Assembly (NCBI GenBank): GCA_947461165.1
Contig: CANHJR010000001.1
Location: forward strand, 1-52,568
Origin: Saprospirales bacterium
GTDB taxonomy: Bacteria; Bacteroidota; Bacteroidia; Chitinophagales; JADJOU01
DNA: 52,568 nucleotides
Direction of reading: 5' to 3'
Part shown: positions 1-10,530 of the stretch, in pieces
Layout: each line of letters begins with the position of its first letter
How positions within the stretch are numbered: the stretch's first letter is position 1
Made by a program: the position numbers and the translations under genes
The notes under the pieces: model-generated
The model's input: the letters and a program-made list of their open reading frames with translations, nothing else
What the model was told of the DNA's origin: nothing
Databases searched by the model: none

Positions 1-633
1 GTTGTTGAAAACAATTCTTACTTTATCCTTATCAATTCGAAGTTGATCATAAATTTTGATTGTAAAATTTGCCTTATGCGTTTTGATAGAAATTTTGTCA
101 GCTGCAGTGACGTCTTGAAATTTCTTTTCAATAGCAACAGACTGATTTAATAGATTAGAAAGTACAAGTTGATTAACACTATCGTTTGTTGCTCCTGAGA
201 TCACATCAGCCTTTTTATTATATAGGTTAAACTTAAAATTTCGATTAATGATATTGATATGACCGGGGTCACACCGAGACGAATGTTGAGCTACGTATAA
301 GCCCGCGAGGACATAAAAATCAGCCATTAGATGGGATACACGCGCTTGAACGTAAATGGGACAATCATCAGAACGATTATTATTATCTAGTTCCTTGTAA
401 AAAATATTATTGTTTTTAGGATCAAAAGAACCTTCAATGGGATAAACAAATGAATCTGTTTTTGTTTTCAGGGTCGATTGACCCACTAAATTGTAGTTAG
501 AATCAATATCAATTTCTAAAAAATACTGGTTGAAGACTTTGTTTTTTATCAATAAGGAACCTTCAAACTTATTGATCTGTCCAAAGCTGTTCACAAAAAG
601 AAGAGATAAGACTATGCAAAACCCAAGCTTCAT
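1..633 (-). CDS. hypothetical secreted protein (C-terminus lies outside the window)
   Basis: The reverse-strand frame is open from the window edge to an ATG at 633-631. My translation starts MKLGFCIVLSLLFVNSFGQINKFEG, a signal-peptide-like N-terminus. It is absent from the ORF track because no stop codon lies inside the window. No family recognised. Confidence 0.5.
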   Translation of the reverse strand, partial: MKLGFCIVLSLLFVNSFGQINKFEGSLLIKNKVFNQYFLEIDIDSNYNLVGQSTLKTKTDSFVYPIEGSFDPKNNNIFYKELDNNNRSDDCPIYVQARVSHLMADFYVLAGLYVAQHSSRCDPGHINIINRNFKFNLYNKKADVISGATNDSVNQLVLSNLLNQSVAIEKKFQDVTAADKISIKTHKANFTIKIYDQLRIDKDKVRIVFNN

Positions 634-654
634 CGAATACAAAAACAAAAAGTA

Positions 655-2865
655 TTAGATAATATTGTTACTAATAAATTGGAGTCTAACAGCGCGAATG
701 TCATCATCGGGCAAATCATCATCTACAAACGCTTCGAAACATTCTTTTATATCTCCAGTTTCGTTTGTTTGGAAAAAGTCAAGCATTTCCACAATCAATT
801 CTTCATCCAGAATGTCTTTAAGGTAATAGTTGATATTTAGTTTGGTTCCTGTATATACAATGGATTCAAGTTCATCAACCAAGGAGGAAAAACCCATCCC
901 AAGCTCCTTAGCAATGGTGTCTAAGGATATTTTTTTGTCAATACTGCTTATAATTTTAACTTTATCACTGCTTTTATTAATGACGGATCGAACAGTAAAA
1001 TCATAAGGTCTCAAAATATCATTTTCTTCAACATAGGAAGCGATTACTTTACAAAAAACTTCCCAATATTTGGAAGCCATAGCCTTTGTTATACCGGTTA
1101 TTTCAGTAAACTCATCTTGTGTAATAGGATATTTTATACACATTTCTTCAAGAGAAGGAGCTTGAATAAGAACATAAGGCGGTTTGTTGACTTTCTTTGC
1201 TTCGATTTTTCTGATGTCAAGGAGTATATTGTATAGATCTCGATCAACAGTAGAATGATTATTGCTGGCAAGAACAACATCTCCTTCGGATTCATAATCA
1301 TGGTTTAGAGAAATGTTTATTTCATATGGATTTAAAATAAAAGCTCTACCCTTATCTGTCATTTTTAGGGTTCCATATTCTTCTATTTCTCTATAAATCA
1401 AATTTTCAATAATGCATTTTCTAAGAACAGAAGTCCAATATAGGTCGTCCCCATTTTTACCTTGGCCAAATTCTGGCAAAAGATGATGTTTATATGAATT
1501 GACGCCATCCGTTTTATTACCCATTGCTATATTGGCAATATGCGCAAGGTAATGCGATTCAATGCAGCTTGAAATTATTTTTAGTGACAATACAATATCT
1601 GAAGTAACATTTTTTTGTTCCTTAGGGTTTTTACAGTTGTCACACATTTTTCCTTCTTTGCAACTATCATCGATATAATCTTGACCGAAGTAATTTAGAA
1701 GGAATTTTCTGCGACACTCACCACTTTCAATATAGGCAACCGTTTCGTCAATAAGCAACATTCCTCTTTCTCGCTCGGTGACCGTTTTATCGCTGAGCAT
1801 TTTTTCAACCTTATTGATATCTTTAAAATTGAAATAAGCGACACAGTTGCCTTCAAGCCCATCTCTTCCTGCGCGACCTGTTTCTTGATAGTAGTTTTCA
1901 AGAGATTTGGCAATATTGTAGTGAATGACAAAACGAATATCGGGCTTATCTATTCCCATCCCAAAAGCAACGGTGGCTACAATAACATGAATATCCTCAC
2001 TAAGAAAAGAATCTTGGGTGTTATTGCGCAATTTACTATCTAGCCCAGCATGATATGGAGCAGCCTTGATTCCATTTACACAAAGTGTTTCCGCTATGGA
2101 TTCCGCAGATTTTCTATTTAAAACATATATGATTCCCGATTGTCCATTTTGTGCTTTGATATATTGTATAATATTTTTAACAGCCCATTCATCATTTATC
2201 TTATGTCGTATTTCGTAATATAAATTGGGACGATTAAAGGAGCTTACGAAAAGATTGAATTTATCGAAGCCTAGGTTTTTTGTTATATCTATTTGAACTT
2301 TGGGTGTGGCCGTTGCCGTCAAAGCCATGATTGGAATTCGGTAGGGGATGCTTTTTACTGCATCTTTTATTTTTCGATATTCTGGACGAAAATCATGACC
2401 CCATTCAGAAATACAATGTGCTTCATCGATCGCCATAAATGAAATTTTAAAAGACTTTAAAAATTCAAGATTATCAGCTTTTGCCAACGTTTCTGGTGCG
2501 ATATATAGAAGTTTTGTATTTCCAGCACGAACCTCTTGTTCTACAATTCGCTTTTGTCCGACAGTCAGTGTGCTATTATAAAAGTGAGCAATATTGTCAT
2601 TTTCATTATAATTCCGAACCAGATCTACTTGATTTTTCATTAAAGCAATGAGCGGGGAAACGATAATTGCGGTTCCTTCAGAGATAATTCCTGGAAGTTG
2701 ATAACAAAGAGATTTCCCTCCACCGGTCGGCATTAACACAAATGTGTCATTTCCATTTAAAACGGATTGAATAATTTCTTCTTGATCACCTTTGAACGAG
2801 TTAAAGCCAAAATTAGCTTGAAGCAAGTCGGTAAGGCTTTGTTTTTTGTCTGTAGCGCTGCTCAT
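655..2865 (-). CDS. recQ: ATP-dependent DNA helicase RecQ
   Basis: ORF track 655..2928. Helicase motifs LMPTGGGKSLCYQLP and IDEAHCISEWGHDFRPEY are present, followed by an RQC-type Cys cluster and a C-terminal HRDC-like region. I trimmed the start to Met22 (MSSATDKK, ATG at 2865-2863). Confidence 0.95.
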   Translation of the reverse strand: MSSATDKKQSLTDLLQANFGFNSFKGDQEEIIQSVLNGNDTFVLMPTGGGKSLCYQLPGIISEGTAIIVSPLIALMKNQVDLVRNYNENDNIAHFYNSTLTVGQKRIVEQEVRAGNTKLLYIAPETLAKADNLEFLKSFKISFMAIDEAHCISEWGHDFRPEYRKIKDAVKSIPYRIPIMALTATATPKVQIDITKNLGFDKFNLFVSSFNRPNLYYEIRHKINDEWAVKNIIQYIKAQNGQSGIIYVLNRKSAESIAETLCVNGIKAAPYHAGLDSKLRNNTQDSFLSEDIHVIVATVAFGMGIDKPDIRFVIHYNIAKSLENYYQETGRAGRDGLEGNCVAYFNFKDINKVEKMLSDKTVTERERGMLLIDETVAYIESGECRRKFLLNYFGQDYIDDSCKEGKMCDNCKNPKEQKNVTSDIVLSLKIISSCIESHYLAHIANIAMGNKTDGVNSYKHHLLPEFGQGKNGDDLYWTSVLRKCIIENLIYREIEEYGTLKMTDKGRAFILNPYEINISLNHDYESEGDVVLASNNHSTVDRDLYNILLDIRKIEAKKVNKPPYVLIQAPSLEEMCIKYPITQDEFTEITGITKAMASKYWEVFCKVIASYVEENDILRPYDFTVRSVINKSSDKVKIISSIDKKISLDTIAKELGMGFSSLVDELESIVYTGTKLNINYYLKDILDEELIVEMLDFFQTNETGDIKECFEAFVDDDLPDDDIRAVRLQFISNNII

Positions 2866-3001
2866 AATGCCTAAATTTCTGAAATTAAAAATAATGATAT
2901 TTTGACAAATAGAACAGAACAAAAACATTTTTAATAAAAAAAACCTTAAGAATTGTGATTACACCTCCAATCGTGGTAAAATAACCTTAATTTTGGCCTC
3001 A

Positions 3002-3625
3002 ATGTATAATACTCTTATAATAGATACCGCTCTTCCGCAACTCAGTTTGGCTTTGATTTGCGAGAATGGTGACGAAAGGGCGATCGTGTTGGAAGAAGAA
3101 TTTAAACATGCAAAACGGATTACTCTTGAAATTGAGAAATTGCTCAAATCGTGTAATCTTTGTTTGTCAGATTTGAATTACATTGCCATAAATGAAGGAC
3201 CAGGATCATTCACAGGCTTGAGGGTTGGATCTAGTACAGCAAAAGGCTTGTGTTTTGGTTTAAAAATTCCACTACTGACAATAAAAGGAATCGAAGCCAT
3301 GGCTATGGCCATATATCAAGAGAACCAAAACGACTATTCTGACATTTTTATTTTGATAGATGCTAGAAGAGAGAATTATTTTTACACACAGGTTTCGAAG
3401 GGGGAGGTCATAATTCCAATTAGTTTTGATGCGAATCAAAATATTCAACAACATATAGCAGGTTGCGAACGTCCAATGATTATAAAATCGGATGAAAAAT
3501 CAAAAAACAAACTATCGGCAAAATTCATGATAGCAGAAGTAAAGAATAAAATTGCTGCAAAGGATTTTACAGACATATCATTATTTGAACCAAACTATTA
3601 TCTAAATAATTATCAAAAAAAGTGA
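3002..3625 (+). CDS. tsaB: tRNA t6A biosynthesis protein TsaB (YeaZ family)
   Basis: LIIDTA...LSLAL N-terminus and the INEGPGSFTGLRVG motif typical of TsaB. The track start is TTG at 2993; ATG at 3002 is more likely. Confidence 0.88.
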   Translation: MYNTLIIDTALPQLSLALICENGDERAIVLEEEFKHAKRITLEIEKLLKSCNLCLSDLNYIAINEGPGSFTGLRVGSSTAKGLCFGLKIPLLTIKGIEAMAMAIYQENQNDYSDIFILIDARRENYFYTQVSKGEVIIPISFDANQNIQQHIAGCERPMIIKSDEKSKNKLSAKFMIAEVKNKIAAKDFTDISLFEPNYYLNNYQKK

Positions 3626-4206
3626 TATTTACTCCGGAAAAATTGAGCGAAATAAGACTCAAGTATCTTCAGCTGCGAACGATCACAAACTCGAGCAGGT
3701 ATTATATTTATAATATTATCAGGAAGCAGGAATCTATTCATGTGACTGAAATTTGTAGAATTTCCAATTTGTCACAGCCAATAGTGAGTCAAAACATTTC
3801 CACTCTCCGCAAGGCGAATCTTGTGGAGACCAATCAAATTGATAAATTCGTTTATTATTCTACCAACAATTTCGAAATTCAAAAACTGATAATATATAGC
3901 CAATATATAAGTAATAAAGAAACAAGGACAGAAAGCAAGGAGCTAAGTGAAAACTATGTCCTTTTGAGAGAGGCGTATTGTTTTTTAAAGTCAATATTGA
4001 ATCCAGGGCGGCTTAGTGTTCTTGAAATCTTGAATAGGTCTGGGGAGTTATCAGTCAATCAAATTTCGGCAATGACACAACTCGGTCAATCAATTGTATC
4101 TCAACACCTAAGCAATTTAAAAACAAGCAACCTTGTGTTTAGCAAAAAACTAGGAAAACAGGTTCTTTATAAAACCAATATAGAGAAAATCAATTCTTTA
4201 TTTTAA
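3622..4206 (+). CDS. transcriptional regulator with two tandem ArsR-type winged-HTH domains
   Basis: Two copies of the ArsR recognition-helix pattern are present: ICRISNLSQPIVSQNISTLRKANLVE and ISAMTQLGQSIVSQHLSNLKTSNLV. The GTG start (3622-3624) overlaps the tsaB TGA stop (3623-3625). Confidence 0.7.
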   Translation: MIFTPEKLSEIRLKYLQLRTITNSSRYYIYNIIRKQESIHVTEICRISNLSQPIVSQNISTLRKANLVETNQIDKFVYYSTNNFEIQKLIIYSQYISNKETRTESKELSENYVLLREAYCFLKSILNPGRLSVLEILNRSGELSVNQISAMTQLGQSIVSQHLSNLKTSNLVFSKKLGKQVLYKTNIEKINSLF

Positions 4207-5948
4207 GGCAAATCATCAGACAGTACCTTTTGTTCAACAAAGTATTTTTGGTAATGTGTGTTGGAATCTAGGAGCGATTGATGACTTCCAATTCCAAGAA
4301 TTTCTCCTTTGCCAAGAATCATTATTTGATCAGCCTGCATGACAGTGCTCAAGCGATGGGCAATAATAATGGATGTTTTGCTTTTCACAATTTTCTCAAT
4401 CAATTTTTGAATATAATATTCTGTATTGGAGTCTATGGAAGAAGTTGCTTCGTCGAGAATCAAAATGGCGGGATTTTTTACAATTGCACGAAACAAAGAA
4501 ATTATTTGCCGTTGACCATGGGAGAGTGAATTCCCTCGCTCGCGAATATGAAAATCATAATCATTTGGCAACTTCATAAAGAAATCATGAATGTCTAATT
4601 CTTTTGCCATTTCAATAACAGCTTCTTTAGAAACTTGGTTGCTTTCTATTTGGATATTATCAAGAATAGAGCCTGAAAAAAGATAAACATCTTGCAAAAC
4701 CATCGAAATTTTTCGACGATAACTTTGGAGCTCAAAGTCTAGAATATTAGTATCATCAATCGAGATGGTTCCTGCTTCAAAATCATAAAATCGATTTAAA
4801 ACATTAATTATGCTTGTTTTGCCGCTGCCAGTCGCACCAATTATTGCAAGAGACGTTCCAGCCGGAACTTGAAAAGAGATATCTTTTAGAATGGGAACAT
4901 TCGGAACGTATGAGAACGATACATTAGAGAATTCTATATTTCCGTGAATATTGTCGGCCGATAAAACACCTCTATTTTCTTCTTCGGATGGATTATCAAT
5001 CAATGAAAAAACGCGCTCCGAGGCTACGAAACCCATTTGAATCTGGTTGAATTTATCTGCAAAAAACCGCATTGGCCGAAACAACAAGTTTAAGTATAAC
5101 AAAAATGAAGTTATAATCCCAATTGAAACATTTTGTGACTGAAAACCATACAGCGCCACATAGCTAACCACCAAACCAATACTGACAGCAATCAAGGCTT
5201 CAAGAACCGGAAAAAACCAAGAAAAATACCAAATACTTTTAATGTTTAGTGCGGTAAATTCTTTATTCAATTTATCAAACTTAAACGATTCTTTGGTCTC
5301 GGCAAGAAATGATTTAATAATTTTATATCCCATGAAATGCTCCTGAGCAAAGGCGTTTAGATCGCCAATTTTATCTCGTATTTTTTGATTGGTAATTTTT
5401 GTTTTTTCTTTGAAAACATATGTAGCAATATATAAAAAAGGTAAGGTTGTCAAAGAGATCAAAGTCAGTTTGACATCTGTGTAAAGCATGGCCCCTAGCA
5501 CAAAAATGATGGTAAGGACGTCCGATACAATTGTAAAAAAATTATCAGAATAAACCTCATTGATCGTTTCAACATCATTGATCGTTCGTGTTGTCAGTTT
5601 TCCAGTTGGTGTGTTATCAAAATATTGAACGTGTAAGCCCATAAGATGAGAAAAAACCTTCTGGCGAAGATCATGAACAATGTTTTGACTAAAAAAGGAG
5701 GTTGCATAGACAAAAGAAAAACGCAGGAGTGATTCAAAAATGAGAAGTCCAAACAATAAGGAACAGTGAAATGTCAAGCGGTCTTGAGCTCCGGACTTTA
5801 AATCTTGATCAATAATCGTTTGCATTAGGTATGGTCGGATTGGCGTCAAACCAGAAATGATAATTGCTAGAAAAAACGAGAAAACAAACCAAGACCTATA
5901 AGGTAAAGCATATTTTACGATATGATGAAATGTGTTGTTTGTTTTCAA
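4203..5948 (-). CDS. ABC transporter, fused permease/ATP-binding protein (MsbA/multidrug-exporter type)
   Basis: Six-TM N-terminal half, then Walker A GATGSGKTS, signature LSHGQRQ and Walker B ILILDEATS. The start appears to be TTG (5948-5946), 11 nt after the truA stop. Confidence 0.9.
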   Translation of the reverse strand: MKTNNTFHHIVKYALPYRSWFVFSFFLAIIISGLTPIRPYLMQTIIDQDLKSGAQDRLTFHCSLLFGLLIFESLLRFSFVYATSFFSQNIVHDLRQKVFSHLMGLHVQYFDNTPTGKLTTRTINDVETINEVYSDNFFTIVSDVLTIIFVLGAMLYTDVKLTLISLTTLPFLYIATYVFKEKTKITNQKIRDKIGDLNAFAQEHFMGYKIIKSFLAETKESFKFDKLNKEFTALNIKSIWYFSWFFPVLEALIAVSIGLVVSYVALYGFQSQNVSIGIITSFLLYLNLLFRPMRFFADKFNQIQMGFVASERVFSLIDNPSEEENRGVLSADNIHGNIEFSNVSFSYVPNVPILKDISFQVPAGTSLAIIGATGSGKTSIINVLNRFYDFEAGTISIDDTNILDFELQSYRRKISMVLQDVYLFSGSILDNIQIESNQVSKEAVIEMAKELDIHDFFMKLPNDYDFHIRERGNSLSHGQRQIISLFRAIVKNPAILILDEATSSIDSNTEYYIQKLIEKIVKSKTSIIIAHRLSTVMQADQIMILGKGEILGIGSHQSLLDSNTHYQKYFVEQKVLSDDLP

Positions 5949-5959
5949 AATACGCAGTT

Positions 5960-6718
5960 CTATTTATTGTTTAAAAAAGGATAATAAACATTGACCAAGT
6001 GAAGACCATTGGCTGGCGCTAAACCGATCAGTCTGAACTCAATCTGCTGGTCCATACAGGTTTCGAATTCCTTCAAAGATAGTTTTTCTCGACCAATCAA
6101 CACCAATGTTCCCATAATGCGACGCACCATATTGTGAAGAAATCGATTAGCAGAAATTTCAAAACGATATACATGATCATCTATTTTATTCAAACAACAA
6201 TGGTGAAGAGTACAATTCGTTTTTTTGTGCTCTTTGTCTAGCTTTATTAACGGTAAAAACTCGCTATAATTCAACAAGAGTTGAGTTGCTTTTTGCATCA
6301 TCTCAATATTTAGATCATGGTGCAGATATTCATAACTATATAATCGACGAAAAGGATTTTTTTGGGTATGTAAATAATAATGATAAGTGCGGGATGAGGC
6401 ACTAAAACGAGCATTGTCGCCATTATTAACTTCGAAAATTTCTTTTATTGCAATAGCCCTAGGAAGAATAGAGTTTAACTTCATGACCACCTTGTCATCT
6501 ACTTCACCACAATAATCCCAGTGTGCATAATAGTCATCGGCATGTACCCCAGCATCTGTTCTGCCGCAACCGAGAATTGCTTGTTTTTCTCGAAAAAGTG
6601 TGGTTAAGGCTTGTTCTATAGAGCCTTGAATGGAGTCGCCATTTTTCTGATTTTGCCATCCACAAAAATTGGTTCCATCATATGACAATCTAATAAAATA
6701 TCTTTTTTTGGGAATCAC
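5960..6718 (-). CDS. truA: tRNA pseudouridine(38-40) synthase TruA
   Basis: RLSYDGTNFCGWQNQ and the catalytic GCGRTDAGVHA motif. GTG start at 6718-6716; TAG stop. Confidence 0.95.
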   Translation of the reverse strand: MIPKKRYFIRLSYDGTNFCGWQNQKNGDSIQGSIEQALTTLFREKQAILGCGRTDAGVHADDYYAHWDYCGEVDDKVVMKLNSILPRAIAIKEIFEVNNGDNARFSASSRTYHYYLHTQKNPFRRLYSYEYLHHDLNIEMMQKATQLLLNYSEFLPLIKLDKEHKKTNCTLHHCCLNKIDDHVYRFEISANRFLHNMVRRIMGTLVLIGREKLSLKEFETCMDQQIEFRLIGLAPANGLHLVNVYYPFLNNK

Positions 6719-6897
6719 GAATTGTTGCTATAATGCTTAAAGGTGTTTCCTTCTTCTATGGTTGTTACTTTGAATCCTCGAACAAACCACTCCATACTTT
6801 GAACGACAACACCAGTTTCTCCAAATACCATCTTCCCATCAACGTCGCGTAGTCTATTGGCGACGTTTTCACTCGTTCTATTTCCTTGCCACTCCAT
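6715..6897 (-). CDS. 60-codon ORF of uncertain reality (N-terminus reminiscent of YpfJ-type zinc metallopeptidases)
   Basis: ATG start. Its TGA stop overlaps the truA GTG start (GTGA). MEWQGNRTSENVANR resembles, from memory, the MRWQGRRESDNVEDRR N-terminus of YpfJ-family proteins. The remainder of that roughly 290-aa family is absent. Confidence 0.3.
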   Translation of the reverse strand: MEWQGNRTSENVANRLRDVDGKMVFGETGVVVQSMEWFVRGFKVTTIEEGNTFKHYSNNS

Positions 6898-7281
6898 CGG
6901 GATTAAATATTTTAGGACAAATTTAATATGATATTATAATCTTCGGCAAACTATTTTGGTTTCCTTAAGATTATCTAGGCTAAAAGCAAAAACAAGTGGT
7001 TTTATGTGTGCATTCATTAAGATAAAAGATCAAGAAATTATGATTTTAAAAGCTTTGCCTGTGCTTTGTAACCATGGTGAGTTGTGCCCATGGAGTATCG
7101 ACTATTTAATCAAAACTTACAAAGTCTAATTCCAGCCCCAGAATCAAAGCCATGGACTTATAAGGGAAATAGAACAAACAATATTGGATTAAGCTTTGTT
7201 GAAGTATTCTAAGTATTTTTAGCAGGGATATAATATCTATTAGTTATAACTTTAACGTCTCGACCACAATTGGGATTTTTT

Positions 7282-8064
7282 ATGTCCAAAACATTTTATT
7301 TCATTTTATTTCTTTGCAGTAGCCTCTGGGCTAGTTCTCAATCATATACGATAGAGGGCAAAGTTATAAATCTCAATACTCAGTCTCCACTAATAGGTTG
7401 TTCCGTATATAATGTTACAAGGCAGACAGGTACAATCACCAACGAAGATGGAAACTATAGGTTGACTGTTCAAAAAGGAGATTTGGTTCAGTTTAGTTAT
7501 ATCGGTATGTTGCCCATAGAGCAAACAATAATTGAAAGTGAGACGATTAATGTCGAAATGAAATATCTTGTCAGAAAAATACGAGACGTGGTTATCAATG
7601 GGGGCAGTCTTGCAAAGAACTCAGTCCTTTACAACAAGAACTTTGAACGGCGAGTAAAAAACAAATTCATAGAGCCTAAACGTAAAACGGCTCAAGAAAA
7701 AATGATGGAAGCGGCGCCGTCAATAACAGCAGACGGAGGATTTAGTTTTTCACCAGTTACATTTTTGTATTATGCGTTTAGCAAAAGAGAACAGCGTAGG
7801 CTTCAGGCGGTTATTGATATACAACAAATGGACAATAGCAATCAAAAATATTCATTGGAGTTTATTTCTGCTATAACAGGAGAAGAAAATATAGATGAAT
7901 TAAAAGATATAAAAGCACATTGCTACTTTCCGCATGATCTAGTATTACGCAGTTCATACTATGAGCTAGGAATAATTTTGAAGGAATGCTATGTCGGATA
8001 TCTTGTGTCTAAAAGTGAAAAGGAAAAACTCTTAGAACAAATAAATCAACCCTCAAAAAACTAG
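7282..8064 (+). CDS. CarboxypepD_reg-like domain protein, secreted
   Basis: Signal peptide [20 protein letters not shown], followed by YTIEGKVIN...GCSVYN...[13 protein letters not shown]...[11 protein letters not shown], the carboxypeptidase regulatory-like fold pattern. The track start is TTG at 7270; ATG at 7282 is preferred. Confidence 0.7.
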   Translation: MSKTFYFILFLCSSLWASSQSYTIEGKVINLNTQSPLIGCSVYNVTRQTGTITNEDGNYRLTVQKGDLVQFSYIGMLPIEQTIIESETINVEMKYLVRKIRDVVINGGSLAKNSVLYNKNFERRVKNKFIEPKRKTAQEKMMEAAPSITADGGFSFSPVTFLYYAFSKREQRRLQAVIDIQQMDNSNQKYSLEFISAITGEENIDELKDIKAHCYFPHDLVLRSSYYELGIILKECYVGYLVSKSEKEKLLEQINQPSKN

Positions 8065-9950
8065 GCAACCTCTGATATCGTCGTGTCGTCCTCGACTTCG
8101 TCTATTTCTATAATCAAGTTGTCAAGGATGAATCGTTGTCTATCTTTATCATTTCCACCCATATAGTATTTAAGAAGATCTTGAATTTTAATTTTGTCGT
8201 CTAAAATAATAGGTAAGACGCGCATATCTTTTCCGATAAACATTTTAAACTCATCGGGAGAGATTTCACCCAACCCCTTAAATCTGGTTATTTCTGGCTT
8301 AGTTCCAATTTTTTTGATAGCTGCCCTTTTTTCTTCTTCAGAGAAACAATAGATGGTTTCTTTCTTATTTCTAACCCTGAACAATGGGGTTTCCAATACT
8401 TTGACATGACCATTGATTACCAGTTCTGGAAAAAATTGTAAGAAAAAAGTCAATAAAAGAAGTCGGATATGCATTCCATCATGGTCGGCATCCGTGGCAA
8501 TGATAACATTATTATATCTTAGATTTTCTATTCCTTCTTCTATATCAAGTGCGTGCTGAAGCAAATTCAATTCTTCATTTTCATAAACAATTTTCTTTTT
8601 CATTCCGAAGCAATTCTGAGGCTTACCTCTCAGAGAAAAAACAGCTTGGGTTTCCGCGTGTCTAGATTTGGTAATAGAGCCTGATGCAGAATCTCCTTCG
8701 GTTATAAAAATGGTCGTATCGAGGTTGAATTCATATTTTTCGTCAGTATAATGATATCGACAGTCTCTTAGTTTTTTATTATGGACGCTTGCTTTTTTTG
8801 CACGCTCTTTAGCAATTTTTCTAACACCCTCCATGTCTTTTCGTTCACGCTCACTATTTTGAATTTTTTTCAAAAGCGCCTCAGCAAAAACTGGATTTTT
8901 ATGTAGGAAATTGTCTAAATGTTGCTTCATAAAGTCACCAACAAAACCCTTCATAGACCGACCGTCATTTTCTATCGTAACCGTTCCTAGTTTCGTTTTG
9001 GTTTGAGATTCAAACATTGGTTCTTGAATTCGAACACAAATAGCCCCTACGATAGACATTCGAATATCACCTGCATCGAAGTCTTTCTTATAAAAATCAC
9101 GAACGGTTTTGACAATAGCTTCTTTGAAGGCTGCAAGGTGAGTGCCGCCTTGAGTTGTAAATTGACCATTGACAAACGTGTAATATTCTTCTCCATATTT
9201 TCCTGAATGGGTAAAGGCAACTTCTATTTCCTCATTTTTGAGGTGAATAATAGGATATTGTTGAGATTGCTCATCAATTTTTTTAGTAACCAAATCTTTG
9301 AGGCCTTCTTTGGAGCTAAATTCTTGACCGTTGAGAAGTATTTTAAGCCCAGAGTTTAGGTAGGCATAATTCCAAAGTTGTTCTTGAATATAATCAGCAA
9401 TAAATCTGTAATTGTGAAAAATTGTATTATCAGGTTTAAACCAAATGGTAGTACCATTTGCGTCTTTTGAAGTTGAAATTGGTGATTCATGAACGAGTTT
9501 CCCTTTTTCAAATTCTGCTAGTTTTTCCCGTCCATCCCGAACAGACTTCACCTTGAATTCTGCGGATAATGCATTCACAGCTTTACTGCCCACACCATTC
9601 ATTCCAACTGATTTTTTAAAAGCTTTGCTGTCAAACTTACCAGAGGTATTCATTTTTGAAATAGAATCAACAACTTTTTCCAAAGGAATACCTCTTCCAA
9701 AATCACGAATCATAATTTCATCATTATCGAGTCTTACCTCAACCTTTTTCCCATAGCCCATGATATATTCATCGATAGCATTGTCCATAATTTCTTTGAG
9801 AAGAATATAAACGCCATCGTCTTGAGAGGTTCCGTCGCCCGTTTTGCCAATATACATGCCGGGCCTTAACCTCATATGCTCTAGCCAATCCAGGGTTTTA
9901 ATGTCATCCTGGGAATATTCTTTTTCTATTTCGCTTATTATATCACTCAT
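8061..9950 (-). CDS. parE: DNA topoisomerase IV subunit B (type IIA topoisomerase ATPase subunit)
   Basis: GHKL ATPase and TOPRIM motifs are present: [49 protein letters not shown] and [12 protein letters not shown]. Its size (about 629 aa) and N-terminus fit ParE better than GyrB. Start trimmed to MSDIISE (ATG at 9950-9948). Confidence 0.88.
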   Translation of the reverse strand: MSDIISEIEKEYSQDDIKTLDWLEHMRLRPGMYIGKTGDGTSQDDGVYILLKEIMDNAIDEYIMGYGKKVEVRLDNDEIMIRDFGRGIPLEKVVDSISKMNTSGKFDSKAFKKSVGMNGVGSKAVNALSAEFKVKSVRDGREKLAEFEKGKLVHESPISTSKDANGTTIWFKPDNTIFHNYRFIADYIQEQLWNYAYLNSGLKILLNGQEFSSKEGLKDLVTKKIDEQSQQYPIIHLKNEEIEVAFTHSGKYGEEYYTFVNGQFTTQGGTHLAAFKEAIVKTVRDFYKKDFDAGDIRMSIVGAICVRIQEPMFESQTKTKLGTVTIENDGRSMKGFVGDFMKQHLDNFLHKNPVFAEALLKKIQNSERERKDMEGVRKIAKERAKKASVHNKKLRDCRYHYTDEKYEFNLDTTIFITEGDSASGSITKSRHAETQAVFSLRGKPQNCFGMKKKIVYENEELNLLQHALDIEEGIENLRYNNVIIATDADHDGMHIRLLLLTFFLQFFPELVINGHVKVLETPLFRVRNKKETIYCFSEEEKRAAIKKIGTKPEITRFKGLGEISPDEFKMFIGKDMRVLPIILDDKIKIQDLLKYYMGGNDKDRQRFILDNLIIEIDEVEDDTTISEVA

Positions 9951-10073
9951 AAAGGCAAATTTGGCATAAAAAATATAAAACAAATACAATCACTTTAAAC
10001 AAAATGCGCTGTAGAGTCTACAAACCGGTTTGAAAAAAAACAACTAATATTGCATCCATAAAACAAAAGGATT

Positions 10074-10442
10074 ATGAAAACCATTCATATCATATTGCTT
10101 GTCGCATTGTTTGGGCTTGTTACAGATAATTTAATAGCCCAAAACAATCATAATACCATAAGAGTAAGAAAAGCAGGGCCAAACAATGTCAAAAAATTGA
10201 ACGACGTTTATACGTTAGAGATTTTTAATACCGATTCGAAGCTCTATAAGGAATACTATCTTTTGAAAAAATTTCCAAAGCATAGAGAATCATACATCGA
10301 CGGAGTGTACGCCTACGATGTTGGTGAATATCGTACGACGAAGCTTGCAAAAGATGCCGCAAAAAAGATCAACAAACAAGGATATGCGACTAAACTTGTC
10401 TATATTATCGATGGAAAGCGCAATTATGTTGTCGATAAGTAA
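10074..10442 (+). CDS. small secreted protein, possible SPOR-like domain
   Basis: Signal peptide MKTIHIILLVALFGLVTDNLIAQ. The C-terminal segment YAYDVGEYRTTKLAKDAAKKINKQGYATKLVY fits the SPOR-repeat pattern loosely. Confidence 0.5.
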   Translation: MKTIHIILLVALFGLVTDNLIAQNNHNTIRVRKAGPNNVKKLNDVYTLEIFNTDSKLYKEYYLLKKFPKHRESYIDGVYAYDVGEYRTTKLAKDAAKKINKQGYATKLVYIIDGKRNYVVDK

Positions 10443-10497
10443 AGATTAAGAATGGGCAAATGTTTAAACTCAATCAAAACAGCCTATTTATCTCAAT

Positions 10498-10505
10498 TAG
10501 TTTTG
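10498..10505 (+). promoter_or_regulatory. Bacteroidota-type -7 promoter box (TAGTTTTG)
   Basis: Exact match to the TAnnTTTG consensus, 25 nt upstream of the ATG at 10531. Confidence 0.35.
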
Positions 10506-10530
10506 CACTTCATTTAAAAATAATCACCCT

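Noticed and set aside
2866-2928. N-terminal extensions in the ORF track (recQ, parE 9951..9989, tdh 17353..17376, E2 52474..52530, the 46841 gene, tcdA)
   Set aside because: The extensions translate to hydrophobic or AT-rich nonsense preceding Met residues that align with canonical family N-termini. I trimmed the starts accordingly.
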